Program-made: the position numbers and the translations under genes
The notes under the pieces: generated by a model
The model's database searches: none
Seen by the model: the letters and a program-made list of their open reading frames with translations, nothing else
Told to the model about the DNA's origin: nothing
Assembly (NCBI GenBank): GCA_963727485.1
Contig: CAVSGM010000002.1
Coordinates: 288,001-352,000 of the forward strand
Source: an uncultured delta proteobacterium
GTDB lineage: Bacteria > Myxococcota > Myxococcia > SLRQ01
Direction of reading: 5' to 3'
Length of the DNA: 64,000 bases
Shown: piece by piece, positions 18,749 to 29,195 of the stretch
Numbering within the stretch: the stretch's first letter is position 1
Layout of the letters: each line of letters begins with the position of its first letter

Positions 18749-20611
18749 ATGGCCTTGAGCACCGAGCACATTCGAAACGTCGCAATCGTCGCCCACGTCG
18801 ACCACGGGAAGACGACCCTGGTCGACTTCATGCTCCGCCAGCAGGGGGTGTTCCGGGCGGGGGCGGCGCTCCAGGACCGGGTCCTCGACTCGGTGGACCA
18901 GGAGCGCGAGCGGGGGATCACCATCCTCGCCAAGAACGCCTCGGTGTCCTGGGAAGGCCACAAGATCAACATCGTCGACACCCCCGGCCACGCCGACTTC
19001 GGCGGCGAGGTGGAGCGCTCCCTGCGCCTGGTCGACGGGGTCCTCCTCCTGGTGGATGCCGCCGAGGGGCCGCTGCCCCAGACCCGCTTCGTCCTGGGGA
19101 AGGCCATGGCCCAGGGCCTGCCGGCGGTGGTGGTGATCAACAAGATCGACCGGAAGGACGCCCGGCCCGAGGAGGTCCTCGACGAGGTCTACAGCCTCTT
19201 CATCGACCTCGGCGCCAGCGACCGCCAGATCGAGTTCCCGGTCCTCTACGCCATCGCCCGGGAGGGCAAGGCGGCGCCGACCCTCCAGGCGGCCCACGCC
19301 CCGGGGGCGAGCCTCCGGCCCCTCTTCGAGGCCATCGTCGGGCACATCCCCGCCCCCGAGGTCGGGGACGACGGGGGGTTGCAGCTCCTGGTGTCCAACC
19401 TCGACCACGACGAGTACATCGGTCGTCTCGGCATCGGGCGCATCCGCAGCGGTGAGATCCGGGCCGGGAGCCAGGTGGTGGTCTGCGGCGAGGGCGACGC
19501 CCGGAAGACCGGGCGGGTGGCCGGGCTCTTTGCGTTCAGCGGCCTGGGGCGCCAGGCGGTGGAGAGCGCCGGAGCCGGGGACATCGTCGCCGTCGCCGGT
19601 CTCCCCAACGTCGGCATCGGGGACACCCTCTGCCCGGTGGACGCCCCCCGGCCGCTGGAGCGGATCACGGTCGATCCGCCGACCCTCTCGGTGGTGTTCC
19701 GGATCAACGACGGGCCGTTCGCGGGCCTGGCCGGGAAGTACGTCACCAGCCGACACCTCCGGGAGCGGCTGATGCGCGAGGACTACCGCAACGTCGCCAT
19801 CCGGGTGGAGGACACCGAGGAGCCCGACGCCTTCCGGGTGGCGGGCCGGGGCGAGCTGCAGCTCGCCGTCCTCATCGAGTCCATGCGCCGGGAGGGCTAC
19901 GAGCTCACCGTGAGCAACCCCGAGCCCATCCTCCACGAGGAGGGCGGGAAGATCCTCGAGCCCTACGAGCTCATCACCTGTGAGGTCCCCGAGGACGCGG
20001 TGGGCCGGGTGAGCGAGGTCCTCGGCCCCCGCCGCGCCCGGATGGTGGAGATGCGCGCCGGGGGCGCGGGGCGCTCCAAGGTGAGCTGGCGGATCCCCGC
20101 CCGGGGCCTCATCGGCTTCCGGCCCACGTTCCTCACCGAGACCCGGGGCGAGGGGATCCTCGTCAGCCAGTTCGACGGCTACGACGGCTGGGCCGGGCCC
20201 ATCATCCGGCGCACCAACGGCGCGCTGGTCTCCGACCGCACCGGGGACACCGTGCCCTACGGCCTCTTCGGCCTCCAGGACCGCGGGGTGTTCTTCGTGG
20301 GCGCCGGGGTCCCGGTCTACGAGGGGATGATCGTCGGGGAGCACAGCCGGGACAACGACCTGGTGGTCAACGTCTGCCGGACCAAGAAGCTCACCAACGT
20401 GCGGGCCGCCGGGAAGGACGAGAACGTGGCCCTGGTCACGCCCCGGGACATGAACCTCGAGCGCTCCATGGAGTGGATCGACGACGACGAGCTCATCGAG
20501 GTCACCCCCAATGCCATCCGGCTGCGCAAGCGCTGGCTCGATCCCAACGTCCGCCAGCGTCACGCCAAGGCCACCCGCGCCGCCAACGCCGCCAGCGTCG
20601 AGCGCGGGTAG
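18749..20611 (+). CDS. typA: translational GTPase TypA/BipA
   Basis: AHVDHGKTTLVD, ERERGITILAKN, DTPGHADFGGEVER, GRGELQL, EVTPNAIRLRK. Confidence 0.98.
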   Translation: MALSTEHIRNVAIVAHVDHGKTTLVDFMLRQQGVFRAGAALQDRVLDSVDQERERGITILAKNASVSWEGHKINIVDTPGHADFGGEVERSLRLVDGVLLLVDAAEGPLPQTRFVLGKAMAQGLPAVVVINKIDRKDARPEEVLDEVYSLFIDLGASDRQIEFPVLYAIAREGKAAPTLQAAHAPGASLRPLFEAIVGHIPAPEVGDDGGLQLLVSNLDHDEYIGRLGIGRIRSGEIRAGSQVVVCGEGDARKTGRVAGLFAFSGLGRQAVESAGAGDIVAVAGLPNVGIGDTLCPVDAPRPLERITVDPPTLSVVFRINDGPFAGLAGKYVTSRHLRERLMREDYRNVAIRVEDTEEPDAFRVAGRGELQLAVLIESMRREGYELTVSNPEPILHEEGGKILEPYELITCEVPEDAVGRVSEVLGPRRARMVEMRAGGAGRSKVSWRIPARGLIGFRPTFLTETRGEGILVSQFDGYDGWAGPIIRRTNGALVSDRTGDTVPYGLFGLQDRGVFFVGAGVPVYEGMIVGEHSRDNDLVVNVCRTKKLTNVRAAGKDENVALVTPRDMNLERSMEWIDDDELIEVTPNAIRLRKRWLDPNVRQRHAKATRAANAASVERG

Positions 20612-20656
20612 GGCGACCGGCGCCGCAGCCGATCGTCGGCCCGCCAACGGCCGCCG

Positions 20657-22096
20657 CTAGAGGACGAAGCCGACCCGGGTGCTCGGGGTCGGCGCCGCCC
20701 GGGGCGCCAGGACGTCGAGTGCCACCAGCGCCAGGAGCCGGGCCCGGGCCGTGGCCTCGGGGACGTCGGTGAGGGCCAGGAGGTCGGACACGGACTTGGT
20801 CCCGTCGGCGGCGGCGAGGAGGTGGGCCCCGTCGGCGTCGAGGGGCACCTCCTCCAGGGGCACCGCCGGCGCCGGCTGGGGGAAGAGCAGGGTGTCGTCG
20901 GGGAGCCGGCGGCGCAGCGCGCCGAGATCCAGGGCCCGCTGGAGCCCCCCGAGGAGGAGCTCGGGGAGCGGCAGCTCCAGGGTCAGGGGCTCCCGGCGAT
21001 CGGGGGCGGTGCGGACCTCGAAGCGGCCGTCGTCCCAGGCGAAGGTGCTCCAGATGACCGCCCGGACCTGGTCGATGACCAGGCGCCCAAGGCTGGTGCG
21101 GTCGAGGATGCCCAGATCGACGAGGAGCTCGCCGACCCGCCGCTCCTCCTCCTGGGCCAGGCGCAGGGCGGCCTCGGCGTCCTCCCGGCGGACGACCCCG
21201 GTGCGCACCGCGAAGGTGAGGAGACGGTCGCCGGCGAGGTTGGACGCGGCGAAGGTCGGGCGCCCGTCCCGCAGATAGATGACCTTGAGCACCGGCCCCC
21301 GGCGCAGGCGCAGGGTGCCGGTGGTGCCCGCCTGGTGGCAGGCGGCGAGGAGCCGGGGCACCGAGGTGGTGGCCAGGTCCCCCTGGCGTCCGGGCCCGGC
21401 GCCCGGGGGGAGGGGGGGCGGCTGGGCCTGGACCGCCGCCGCGGGATCCCGCCGGGTCGCCGCCTCGCCCAGGCGGCCGGGCCGGGGCCCCCCGCCGCCG
21501 CCGCCCCCCGCGCCGCTGCCGGGGACCGGGATGAGGTCCTCGACAATCCCCATGCGCCGGCGGAGGCGGGTGGCGGCGTCGCTGGGACCGGCGGGCTCCC
21601 GCCGGCCGGGCAGGGGAGGATCGGCGAGGACCGCGGCGGCGTCGGGGTAGGGCGCCGGGTCGTCTGGCTGCACCGTCTCCCGGAGCTCGGCGTCGAGGGC
21701 GCCGGTGTCCTCGGCGGGGACCGGGGCCTCGGCGCCGGCGAGCTCCCGGAGGGCGGCGACGATGTCCTGGGTGGAGAACGGCTTCTCCACGAACTGCGCG
21801 GCGCCGTGATCGGCGGCCTCCTGGGCGTAGCGCCCGCCCCGGAACACCCCGGACATGGCGATGGCCGGGATCGGGGGCTCGGTGGCCGCGAGGACGTCGA
21901 GGACCGCGGTCCCGAGCATGTCGGGGAGCATCAGGTCCACCAGGGCCGCGACGGGGCGGGGGCCCTCGAGGGCCGCCAGGGCGGCGGCGCCGGTGCTGGC
22001 GAGGGCGGCCTCCAGGCCCTCGTGCTCGAGGGCGGCGGCGAGGAGCTCTCCGAGCTCCGGGTGGTCCTCCACCACCAACACCAGGGGGCGCGCCAT
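20657..22096 (-). CDS. response regulator with C-terminal DUF4388/PATAN-like domain
   Basis: REC (VVEDH, DLMLPD, EKPF), Pro-rich linker, GDLATTSVPRLL..TGTLRL..IYLRDG. Confidence 0.85.
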   Translation of the reverse strand: MARPLVLVVEDHPELGELLAAALEHEGLEAALASTGAAALAALEGPRPVAALVDLMLPDMLGTAVLDVLAATEPPIPAIAMSGVFRGGRYAQEAADHGAAQFVEKPFSTQDIVAALRELAGAEAPVPAEDTGALDAELRETVQPDDPAPYPDAAAVLADPPLPGRREPAGPSDAATRLRRRMGIVEDLIPVPGSGAGGGGGGGPRPGRLGEAATRRDPAAAVQAQPPPLPPGAGPGRQGDLATTSVPRLLAACHQAGTTGTLRLRRGPVLKVIYLRDGRPTFAASNLAGDRLLTFAVRTGVVRREDAEAALRLAQEEERRVGELLVDLGILDRTSLGRLVIDQVRAVIWSTFAWDDGRFEVRTAPDRREPLTLELPLPELLLGGLQRALDLGALRRRLPDDTLLFPQPAPAVPLEEVPLDADGAHLLAAADGTKSVSDLLALTDVPEATARARLLALVALDVLAPRAAPTPSTRVGFVL

Positions 22097-22247
22097 GGGC
22101 CCCCAATAAAGCCGAACCTCGGCGGACGGTAAAGCCAGGGGCCCGGTCGTTTTTTTGACGGTCGATCCCGGTCCCCCTAGCGTGGGGTGTAGGCACCGGT
22201 CGCCCCCTGGCTCCCCCGGTCGCCCCTCGCCCACACGGAGGTCGCCC

Positions 22248-22574
22248 ATGCACCCGTCCGAGCACCGCCAGAGCCGCCGCGCCCCTCTCGACGTGTACCT
22301 GAACAAGGTCGTCGACGACGACCTGTTCATGTGCCGCGCCACCGACATCTCCACCGAGGGCATCTACCTCTCGCGGCTCATCGAGCCCGAGTGGGAGGGC
22401 TCCCGGGTCGCCCTGGAGTTCGCCCTGCCGGGCTCCGGCGAGGTCATCTGGGCCGGGGGCGAGATCGTCCGCGACGGCCACCGGGGCAACGCCGACGGCT
22501 CGGGGATTCGCTTCACCGCGCTCCCGGACCACTACCGGCGCCTCATCGAGGACTACGTCCAGACCGTACACTAG
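22248..22574 (+). CDS. stand-alone PilZ domain protein
   Basis: RQSRR (RxxxR) and DISTEG (DxSxxG); SD GGAGG upstream. Confidence 0.88.
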   Translation: MHPSEHRQSRRAPLDVYLNKVVDDDLFMCRATDISTEGIYLSRLIEPEWEGSRVALEFALPGSGEVIWAGGEIVRDGHRGNADGSGIRFTALPDHYRRLIEDYVQTVH

Positions 22575-22613
22575 GGCGGCGCCCCGCGGCCCTCGTGCTA
22601 GGATGGCGCCGCC

Positions 22614-23780
22614 ATGCGGTGGCGCGTCCTCGTCCTCATCCTTGCCGGCGCCGCCGGCTGTGGCGGTCCCCGGAGCCCCGTCGAGGTGGCGATCCTCGGC
22701 GAGTCGGGCGTCGACGGCCAGTACACCCTGAAGGCCGCCGAGCTCACCACCCTGACGTCCCTGGACCACCTCCAGGGAGGCGCCGCGGACCTCCGGGGCA
22801 ACGGGTCCATCGTCATCGACCCCCAGGAGCTCCAGGACGCCGCCAACCAGGGGCACCTGAACACCGTCTCCGACTACCAGCACCTGCTGATCAAGGACGG
22901 AGGCGCCCTCCCGAGCCTCGACTTCGCCACCGGCACCCTCGACGGCAAGCCGGACGTGTACCTCGCCAGCGATTTCTCGTCCCTGGCGATGGTCACCGTC
23001 TACCACCACCTGGAGCAGGCCCGGAAGCTGGCCCTCCACTTCGGGATGCCCGACGGCTGCCTGTCCTCGATGACCACGTACTACGACGTGAGCTTCGTGC
23101 AGGTGCAGAACGGGGACCGGACGCCCCAGAAGGACAACGCCGCCTTCTTCCCCATCCTCGAGTCGTTCCTGGTGCTGCCCTTCGCCCGGTACCAGACCGT
23201 GCCTCTGGGCATGAACCCGGGGGTGATGGCCCACGAGTACCACCACGGCGTGTGGAACTGCCTGGTCGAGGAGGACAAGCCGGTCAGCGGCGTGGAGTTC
23301 CTCCTCGATCCCACCGGCCAGCACTTCTTCCGGAGCCTCAACGAGGGACTGGCCGACTTCTTCGGCGCCGAGACCACCTCCGACCCGGACTTCCTGCGCA
23401 AGTCGATCCCCAGCGACGGGGACCAGCGGGATCTGCGGATCGTCCGGCAGTACTCGGCGCAGATGGACGACGCGGCGCGCACCACCGGCGGCCTCTACGA
23501 TCCGTACCCCATGGGCTCGGTCCTGGCCGCGGCCCTGTGGACCATCCGCACCCGCACCGGCGACATCGACGGGGTGGGGCGCACGGTGATGCACTCGCTG
23601 TCCCTCCTGCGGACCCGGGCCATCGCCCTGGGGACCGAGGGGGTCACCTTCACGGCCATGGACTACCTGGAGGAGCTGGTCGCCGCCTTCGGTGACGTCG
23701 CGCCGTCGGACCAGTCCCAGGCCTGCAGCGTGCTCCAGGGTCGCTTCGGCTTCCTCGGGCACATCCGGGGGTGCCCGTGA
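22614..23780 (+). CDS. lipoprotein, gluzincin (M4/M36-like) metallopeptidase
   Basis: Lipobox AAG-C; HEYHH (HExxH) plus downstream LNEGLADFF third-ligand motif. Confidence 0.8.
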   Translation: MRWRVLVLILAGAAGCGGPRSPVEVAILGESGVDGQYTLKAAELTTLTSLDHLQGGAADLRGNGSIVIDPQELQDAANQGHLNTVSDYQHLLIKDGGALPSLDFATGTLDGKPDVYLASDFSSLAMVTVYHHLEQARKLALHFGMPDGCLSSMTTYYDVSFVQVQNGDRTPQKDNAAFFPILESFLVLPFARYQTVPLGMNPGVMAHEYHHGVWNCLVEEDKPVSGVEFLLDPTGQHFFRSLNEGLADFFGAETTSDPDFLRKSIPSDGDQRDLRIVRQYSAQMDDAARTTGGLYDPYPMGSVLAAALWTIRTRTGDIDGVGRTVMHSLSLLRTRAIALGTEGVTFTAMDYLEELVAAFGDVAPSDQSQACSVLQGRFGFLGHIRGCP

Positions 23781-24454
23781 GGGTCCGGGCGGGCGCGGTC
23801 CTCGCCGCGGGGTTGGCCCTGGCCCTCGCCGGGGTGCCCGCCGCGGCCCGGGCCCAGTGGGCGCCGCTCCACCCGGGCAAGCACCACGTCCCGCCGCCCG
23901 CGTCGCCGACCGCCCGGGCCCCCGAGCCGGTCCCCGCCGCCCGCCGGGGTGGCTCGGGCCCCCGGACCCTGGTGGTCCCGTCGCTCTTGGCCGGGTGGTG
24001 GGGCCTCGGCCGCGCCGAGGGCGCCGGCTTCGACGGGACCCTGGCCTTCGGGCTGCGGCTCCAGGCCGAGCCGCTGCCCTGGCTCCCGGTGGAGGTCCTC
24101 GCCGTCTACGGCAGCCGGGGCGCCGGGACGCCCGTGGTCTCCACCCAGTCGACCTACGTCTCGGTGGTGGCCCTGGCCGGGTGGCAGTTCGTCCACGGCC
24201 TCGGGGTCTACGGCGTCGAGGCCGGGGTCGCGGGGACCTTCGAGCACGCCGCCCACCAGGTCTCCGACGGGAGCGCCCAGACCGTGGGCGCCTCCCACTT
24301 CGCCTTCGGCCCCGCCTGGACCCTGGACATGCGCCTGCGCCTGGGGCCGCTGGAGGGACGGGTCGACGTGGGGAGCGTGTGGCGCGGGGGCCAGGCGGAC
24401 CTCCTGGTCCTCGCGGGCGTAGGCCTCCGGCTCCCCTTCGGCGCCGGTGAATAG
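23771..24454 (+). CDS. hypothetical exported protein, probable small beta-barrel
   Basis: Signal peptide ending ARA; alternating amphipathic strands; overlaps the upstream stop. Confidence 0.6.
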   Translation: MPVRVRAGAVLAAGLALALAGVPAAARAQWAPLHPGKHHVPPPASPTARAPEPVPAARRGGSGPRTLVVPSLLAGWWGLGRAEGAGFDGTLAFGLRLQAEPLPWLPVEVLAVYGSRGAGTPVVSTQSTYVSVVALAGWQFVHGLGVYGVEAGVAGTFEHAAHQVSDGSAQTVGASHFAFGPAWTLDMRLRLGPLEGRVDVGSVWRGGQADLLVLAGVGLRLPFGAGE

Positions 24455-24599
24455 GCCGCCGGCCGCGCCGTCCCCACTCCGCGGCCTGTGACTCCACGCA
24501 CAGCGGATTCCGCGGAGTTGAAGCAGGCTGGGGCCCAGGGTGGATCGTTACCGCGGTGAAACGGCCGTGGTAGGCTCCCGCCCGATGAAGGAGCGCGCC

Positions 24600-25391
24600 A
24601 TGAGCATGCACAGACGACTCGCCACCCTCGCCGCCGCCGCCGTGGCGCTGGGGCTCGCCACCGCCCCTGCCCACGCGGACTCGGGCAAGGCGCAGATCGA
24701 CTGGGACCACCACGTCATCCATGCCACCGGCAGCGGCGCCCCGGATCTCCACGCGCCCAACATCGCCGTGGCGCGGCTCGGGGCCGAGCGGGCCGCCAAG
24801 CTCGACGCGCTCCGCAACATCCTCGAGACGCTCAAGGGCGTGAAGGTCACCAGCGGGACCACCGCCGGGGGCATCATGGCCAGCGACTCGGCGGTCAAGG
24901 CCCAGGTCCAGGGCCTGGTCCGGGGCTTCAAGGTCGTCAAGACCCACTACTTCTCCGACGGCGGGGTCGAGGTCGACGTGGAGATGAAGCTCGACGGCGC
25001 CCTGACCTCGGCGCTCCTGCCCCCGGGGGCCCAGAAGAAGGTGTCCACCCAGGGCCCCAAGACCTGGACCGGCCTCATCGTCGACGCCACCGGCACCAAG
25101 GCCGATCACGCCCTGGCCCCGCGGATCCTCGACGAGAAGGGCAAGGCCGTCTACGGACCCCACTTCGTCTCCGCCGAGGCGGTGAAGCTGCGCGGGGTCG
25201 TCGGCTGGGCGAGGTCGGTCGCCGCCGCCAAGAAGGCCGGCCGGGCCGGGGACCACCCCCTGGTGGTCAAGGCGCTCTCGGCCAAGGGCACCGACATCGT
25301 CATCACCAACGCCGATGCGTCCTCCCTCCGGGGCGACGCCCACGACCTCGGCTTCCTGGCGAGCGGCCGGGTGGTCATCGTCAGTCACTGA
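24600..25391 (+). CDS. LPP20-like domain exported protein
   Basis: Signal peptide; IDW..ATGSG..AERAAKLDALRNILE..GVKV pattern; SD AAGGAG. Confidence 0.75.
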   Translation: MSMHRRLATLAAAAVALGLATAPAHADSGKAQIDWDHHVIHATGSGAPDLHAPNIAVARLGAERAAKLDALRNILETLKGVKVTSGTTAGGIMASDSAVKAQVQGLVRGFKVVKTHYFSDGGVEVDVEMKLDGALTSALLPPGAQKKVSTQGPKTWTGLIVDATGTKADHALAPRILDEKGKAVYGPHFVSAEAVKLRGVVGWARSVAAAKKAGRAGDHPLVVKALSAKGTDIVITNADASSLRGDAHDLGFLASGRVVIVSH

Positions 25392-25408
25392 TTGGGAGGA
25401 GACCGCAC

Positions 25409-26719
25409 ATGCTTCGGAACACGGCAAAGACCATGTGGGTCCTGGTGGCCGTCGCCACCCTGCTCCCGGCCGCCGCCCACGCCGGCGACGACGGGGGCAC
25501 CTGGGTCGAGACCACGGGCGAGGCCGCCATCGTCGGGGGGAACAAGGCCGCGGCGAAGGCGGGCGCCCTCGACCAGGCCCTGCGCCAGGCGGTGGAGCAG
25601 GTGGCCGGGACCATCGTCAACGGCATCTCCGAGTCCAAGGACTTCATGAGCGTCCGGGACGAGATCACCAGCCAGGGCGCTGGCTTCGTCGAGCGCTACC
25701 AGCGCGAGAAGACCGCCTGCGCCGACGGGACCTGCAAGGTCACCATCAAGGCCCTGGTGGCCAAGGGCAAGCTCCGGGACAAGCTCGACAAGCTCGGCCT
25801 CCTGATCCAGCAGCACGGCTACCCCCGGGTCATCCTCCTGGTCTCCGAGGAGAGCGGCGGCAGCAGCTCGAGCTGGTGGAGCGGCAGCAGCGGCGCCAAC
25901 CGCTCCCAGATCGTGGAGAACACCCTCATCGAGTTCCTCAACAAGGTGCCCCACAACAACGGCACCAAGAACTGCGCCAACGCCGGGAACCTCCACGTGG
26001 GACACGACCCGGTGTGGGCCAAGGACCTCTCGTGCTGGAAGGACCTGCCCCAGGCGGGCCGGTTCCGCTTCGTGGACTACACCAGCATCGTGAACAGCCC
26101 GGTGGTCCGGAAGGCCGCGGGCCCCAAGCTCTCCGACGACCAGGCGGTGACCATCGCCAAGCTCACCGACGCCGAGGTCGCCCTGGTGGGCAATGCCACG
26201 GTGAAGGTGGTCAGCTCCAGCGGCGACGACTCCGGGGGCCTCGGCGCCGGCTTCCGCCTGAGCTCGGCGACCCTCTCGATCCGGGCCATCGACGTCTCCA
26301 ACGGCAAGGTCCTCGGTGGGACCACGGTGGTGGGGCAGGCCAACGGCCCCAACGCCGAGAGCACCAACACCGCCGCCCTTCAGGACGCCGCCCGGCTGGC
26401 GGTGCCCGGGATCCAGAAGGCCATCGCCGACAGCTGGCAGGCCGAGCAGTACGGTGTCCGCTGGGTCAAGCTCGAGGTCGCGGGCATCAAGAGCTACGCC
26501 GAGCTCCTCAAGTTCCAGGGCCTGCTCAAGAGTGGGGTCACCGGGGTGAAGTCGGTGCAGCAGCGCCGGATGAACGGCGGCTCGGCGACCCTCGAGGTCC
26601 AGTGCACCAGCACCGCCCAGGCCCTGGCCACCGAGCTCTCCAGCCGGCCGCTGGGCAAGATCAGCGTCAACGTGACCCGGGTGGAACCGGGGATCGTGGG
26701 GCTGACCCTCTCGGAGTAG
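25409..26719 (+). CDS. FlgT N-terminal domain exported protein
   Basis: VETTGEAAI..AKAGALDQALRQAVEQVAG; CsgG/TolB-N-like middle (AEVALVGNA, IRAIDVSNGKVL). Confidence 0.75.
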   Translation: MLRNTAKTMWVLVAVATLLPAAAHAGDDGGTWVETTGEAAIVGGNKAAAKAGALDQALRQAVEQVAGTIVNGISESKDFMSVRDEITSQGAGFVERYQREKTACADGTCKVTIKALVAKGKLRDKLDKLGLLIQQHGYPRVILLVSEESGGSSSSWWSGSSGANRSQIVENTLIEFLNKVPHNNGTKNCANAGNLHVGHDPVWAKDLSCWKDLPQAGRFRFVDYTSIVNSPVVRKAAGPKLSDDQAVTIAKLTDAEVALVGNATVKVVSSSGDDSGGLGAGFRLSSATLSIRAIDVSNGKVLGGTTVVGQANGPNAESTNTAALQDAARLAVPGIQKAIADSWQAEQYGVRWVKLEVAGIKSYAELLKFQGLLKSGVTGVKSVQQRRMNGGSATLEVQCTSTAQALATELSSRPLGKISVNVTRVEPGIVGLTLSE

Positions 26720-26723
26720 CCCG

Positions 26724-27134
26724 GTGACGCGCCTCCTCCGTCTGCCGCTCCTCGTGGGCCTGGTCCTCGGCGCGGCTGGCTGCGCCCACGCCGGGGCCGG
26801 GGACGGGGACGCGCAGGCGGCGCCCCCGAAGGCCCGGGCGAAGCTCGCCCCGGTGGTGCCCAAGGCCGGCGAGGGCGTGGTCCACGTGGTCTGCACCCCG
26901 TCGAGCGCCGAGGTGGTGGTCGACGGGGTGACCTACGGCTACGTCTCCGACTTCGACAAGCCGCCGTACCTCAAGCTCACGCCGGGGGAGCACCACATCG
27001 TGCTGCGCAAGAAGGGCTACGAGCCCTACCGCACCGAGGTCTACCTCTCCGGCTCGGTGATCGAGACCCTTACCGTGTCCCTGGACCGCCGGTCCCAGCC
27101 GGCCGCCGGGGACGCCCGGGAGACCAAGCCATGA
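26724..27134 (+). CDS. PEGA domain lipoprotein
   Basis: Lipobox AAG-C; TPSSAEVVVDG..LTPGEHHIVLRKKGYEPY. Confidence 0.85.
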   Translation: MTRLLRLPLLVGLVLGAAGCAHAGAGDGDAQAAPPKARAKLAPVVPKAGEGVVHVVCTPSSAEVVVDGVTYGYVSDFDKPPYLKLTPGEHHIVLRKKGYEPYRTEVYLSGSVIETLTVSLDRRSQPAAGDARETKP

Positions 27135-27919
27135 CTTACGCCCCGTCCCGTCGTCCCCGCTTCCTCCTGGGCCTCGCCCTCACCTCGGCCCTGGTGATCC
27201 TCGCCGGCGTCGCGGTGGAGACCGGCGCCCAGGGCAAGGCCCCGGCCCCGGCGGGCCACGTGAGCTTCCTCGACGGCCGGGCCTGGCGCTCGGCGCCCCA
27301 CGTCCGGGCCACGCGCCTCGCCCAGGGCGCCGCGGTCTACGTCGGAGACCGGGTGCGCACCGGCACCGGCGCGCGCCTGGAGCTCCGCCTCCGGGACGGC
27401 TCGGCGGTGCGTCTCGGCCCCAAGAGCAAGATGGTCCTCGACGCCGCCCAGTTCACCCGGAAGAAGGAGCGCAAGAAGGTCACCATCAAGCTCCTCCTCG
27501 GGCGCGTCTGGTCCAAGGTCACCCACGCCATCCACGGCGACGACACCTTCAAGGTCGCCACCGACAGCGCCGTCGCCGGCGTCCGGGGCACCTCGTTCCG
27601 GGTCAACGCCATGGCGGACAAGTCGACCCTGGTCCGGGTCTACAGCGGGACCGTGGCGGTGGTGGGCATCCACCCGATCTACGCCACCAAGACCCCGGGC
27701 AAGGAGCGCAAGGAGGTCGCCGGGCCCAAGGAGATCTCCAAGAAGCACTGGGAGCGGGTGGTCACCAGCATGATGTCGGTGGAGGTCAGCGCCGCCGGGG
27801 TCCCCGGGCAGCCCGAGCAGTTCAAGCTCGCCGACGACCTGAAGGCCGACCCCGACGGCTGGATTGCCTGGAACCGGGCCCGGGACGCGGCCTGGAACAA
27901 GGCCCACGCAAAGCCGTGA
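27131..27919 (+). CDS. FecR domain protein
   Basis: GDRVRTG..ELRLRDGSAVRLGPKS, AVAGVRGTSF, VYSGTV. Confidence 0.85.
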   Translation: MTYAPSRRPRFLLGLALTSALVILAGVAVETGAQGKAPAPAGHVSFLDGRAWRSAPHVRATRLAQGAAVYVGDRVRTGTGARLELRLRDGSAVRLGPKSKMVLDAAQFTRKKERKKVTIKLLLGRVWSKVTHAIHGDDTFKVATDSAVAGVRGTSFRVNAMADKSTLVRVYSGTVAVVGIHPIYATKTPGKERKEVAGPKEISKKHWERVVTSMMSVEVSAAGVPGQPEQFKLADDLKADPDGWIAWNRARDAAWNKAHAKP

Positions 27920-27964
27920 CCCTCGTTCCCTTTACCCGGCGCGGGTGACCGGTATCATCCGCAC

Positions 27965-29195
27965 GTGAGCCGGAAGCGTCGAAAGGGTCGGGGGGCCCAG
28001 GGATCGGCGGGGCCGACCCCGGCGTCGTCGCCCCAGGATTCCGCCGCAGGGGCCGCCGCCCAGGTCGCCGCGCGCGCCGGCGCCGGGGTCCGGCGGTGGC
28101 CCCCTGGTGGCGGTCTCGGTGAGCCCCTCGGACCGGTGGCGTCGCCTCGCCTGGGGCCTCGGCCTCCTCGCCACCCTCGTGGGCCTGGTGTGGGTGGCCT
28201 CGGAGGTCCGCAGCGTCACCGTGCCCCTGGTGACCGGCTTCATCATCGCCTACCTCCTCGACCCCCTGGTCGACCGCCTGGAGAGCCGGCGCCTGGGCCG
28301 GACCCCGGCGATCGCGGTGTTGCTCTTCGGCTTCCTGGTCCTGGTGGTGGCGGTGCTGCTCCTCCTCGGCCCCCAGGTGGTCAAAGAGCTCGCCCAGATC
28401 CCCGGCAAGCTCCACCAGGTGCTCGCGCGCTTCGTCCCCTGGCTCGAGGCCACCTTCCACATCGCCGTGCCCCACAACGTCGAGGACGCCTTCAACGGGT
28501 TGCTCAAGGGCCTCGACACCCTCGACCTGAGGAGCCTCGCCAGGCCCGCCGGCTCGGTCCTCAAGGCCGTCTTCGGCGGCACCGTGAGCGTCATCGCCTC
28601 CTTCGCCGGCGCGGTGATGGTCCCGGTCTTCGCCTTCTACCTCCTGCGCGACTTCGACGACCTGGTCGCCTGGATCCACGACCTCATCCCCGCCTCCTAC
28701 CGGGCGCCCATCTCCGCCCGGTTCCGGGAGATCGACGCGGCCATGAGCTCGTTCATCCGCGGGCAGGTCACCGTCGCCGCGATCCTCGCCGGCCTCTACT
28801 CCCTGGGCCTGTGGGTGGTGGGGTTGCCGCTGGCGCTGGTGGTGGGTCTGGTCGCCGGCTTCGGGAACATGATCCCCTACGTGGGCACCACCCTGGGCCT
28901 GTTGCTGGCCACCCTGATGGCCCTCATCGACTGGCACGGCTTCGGCCACCTCCTGGTGGTCTACGCGGTGTTCGCGGTGGTACAGGGCCTCGAGGGCTGG
29001 GTCATCACCCCGAAGATCGTCGGCGAGTCGGTGGGCCTCTCGCCGTTCGCGGTCATCGTCGCCATCCTCTTCTTCGGCGCGATCTTCGGCTTCTTCGGCA
29101 TCCTCATCGCCGTCCCCCTCGCCGCGGTGCTGAAGATCCTCCTCCGGGTGGCCCTCGACTGGTACCGGGCCTCGGACTTCTACCGGGAGGCCTGA
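27965..29195 (+). CDS. AI-2E family transporter (apparent +1 frameshift at 28037-28041)
   Basis: AYLLDPLVD, FYLLRD, NMIPYVG, PKIVGESVGLSP, GILIAVP; GTG 27965 follows TATCAT; removing one T from GATTC joins the frames. Confidence 0.88.

Noticed and set aside
24507..24520. IHF-like motif ATTCCGCGGAGTTG (similar at 54314)
   Set aside because: Match to the IHF consensus is too loose to support without a genome-wide scan
20502..25427. Very long antisense or alternate-frame ORFs (1641 aa here, 1168 aa at 10564-14070, and others)
   Set aside because: Shadow ORFs expected at this GC content; low-complexity or mirror-codon composition overlapping well-supported genes
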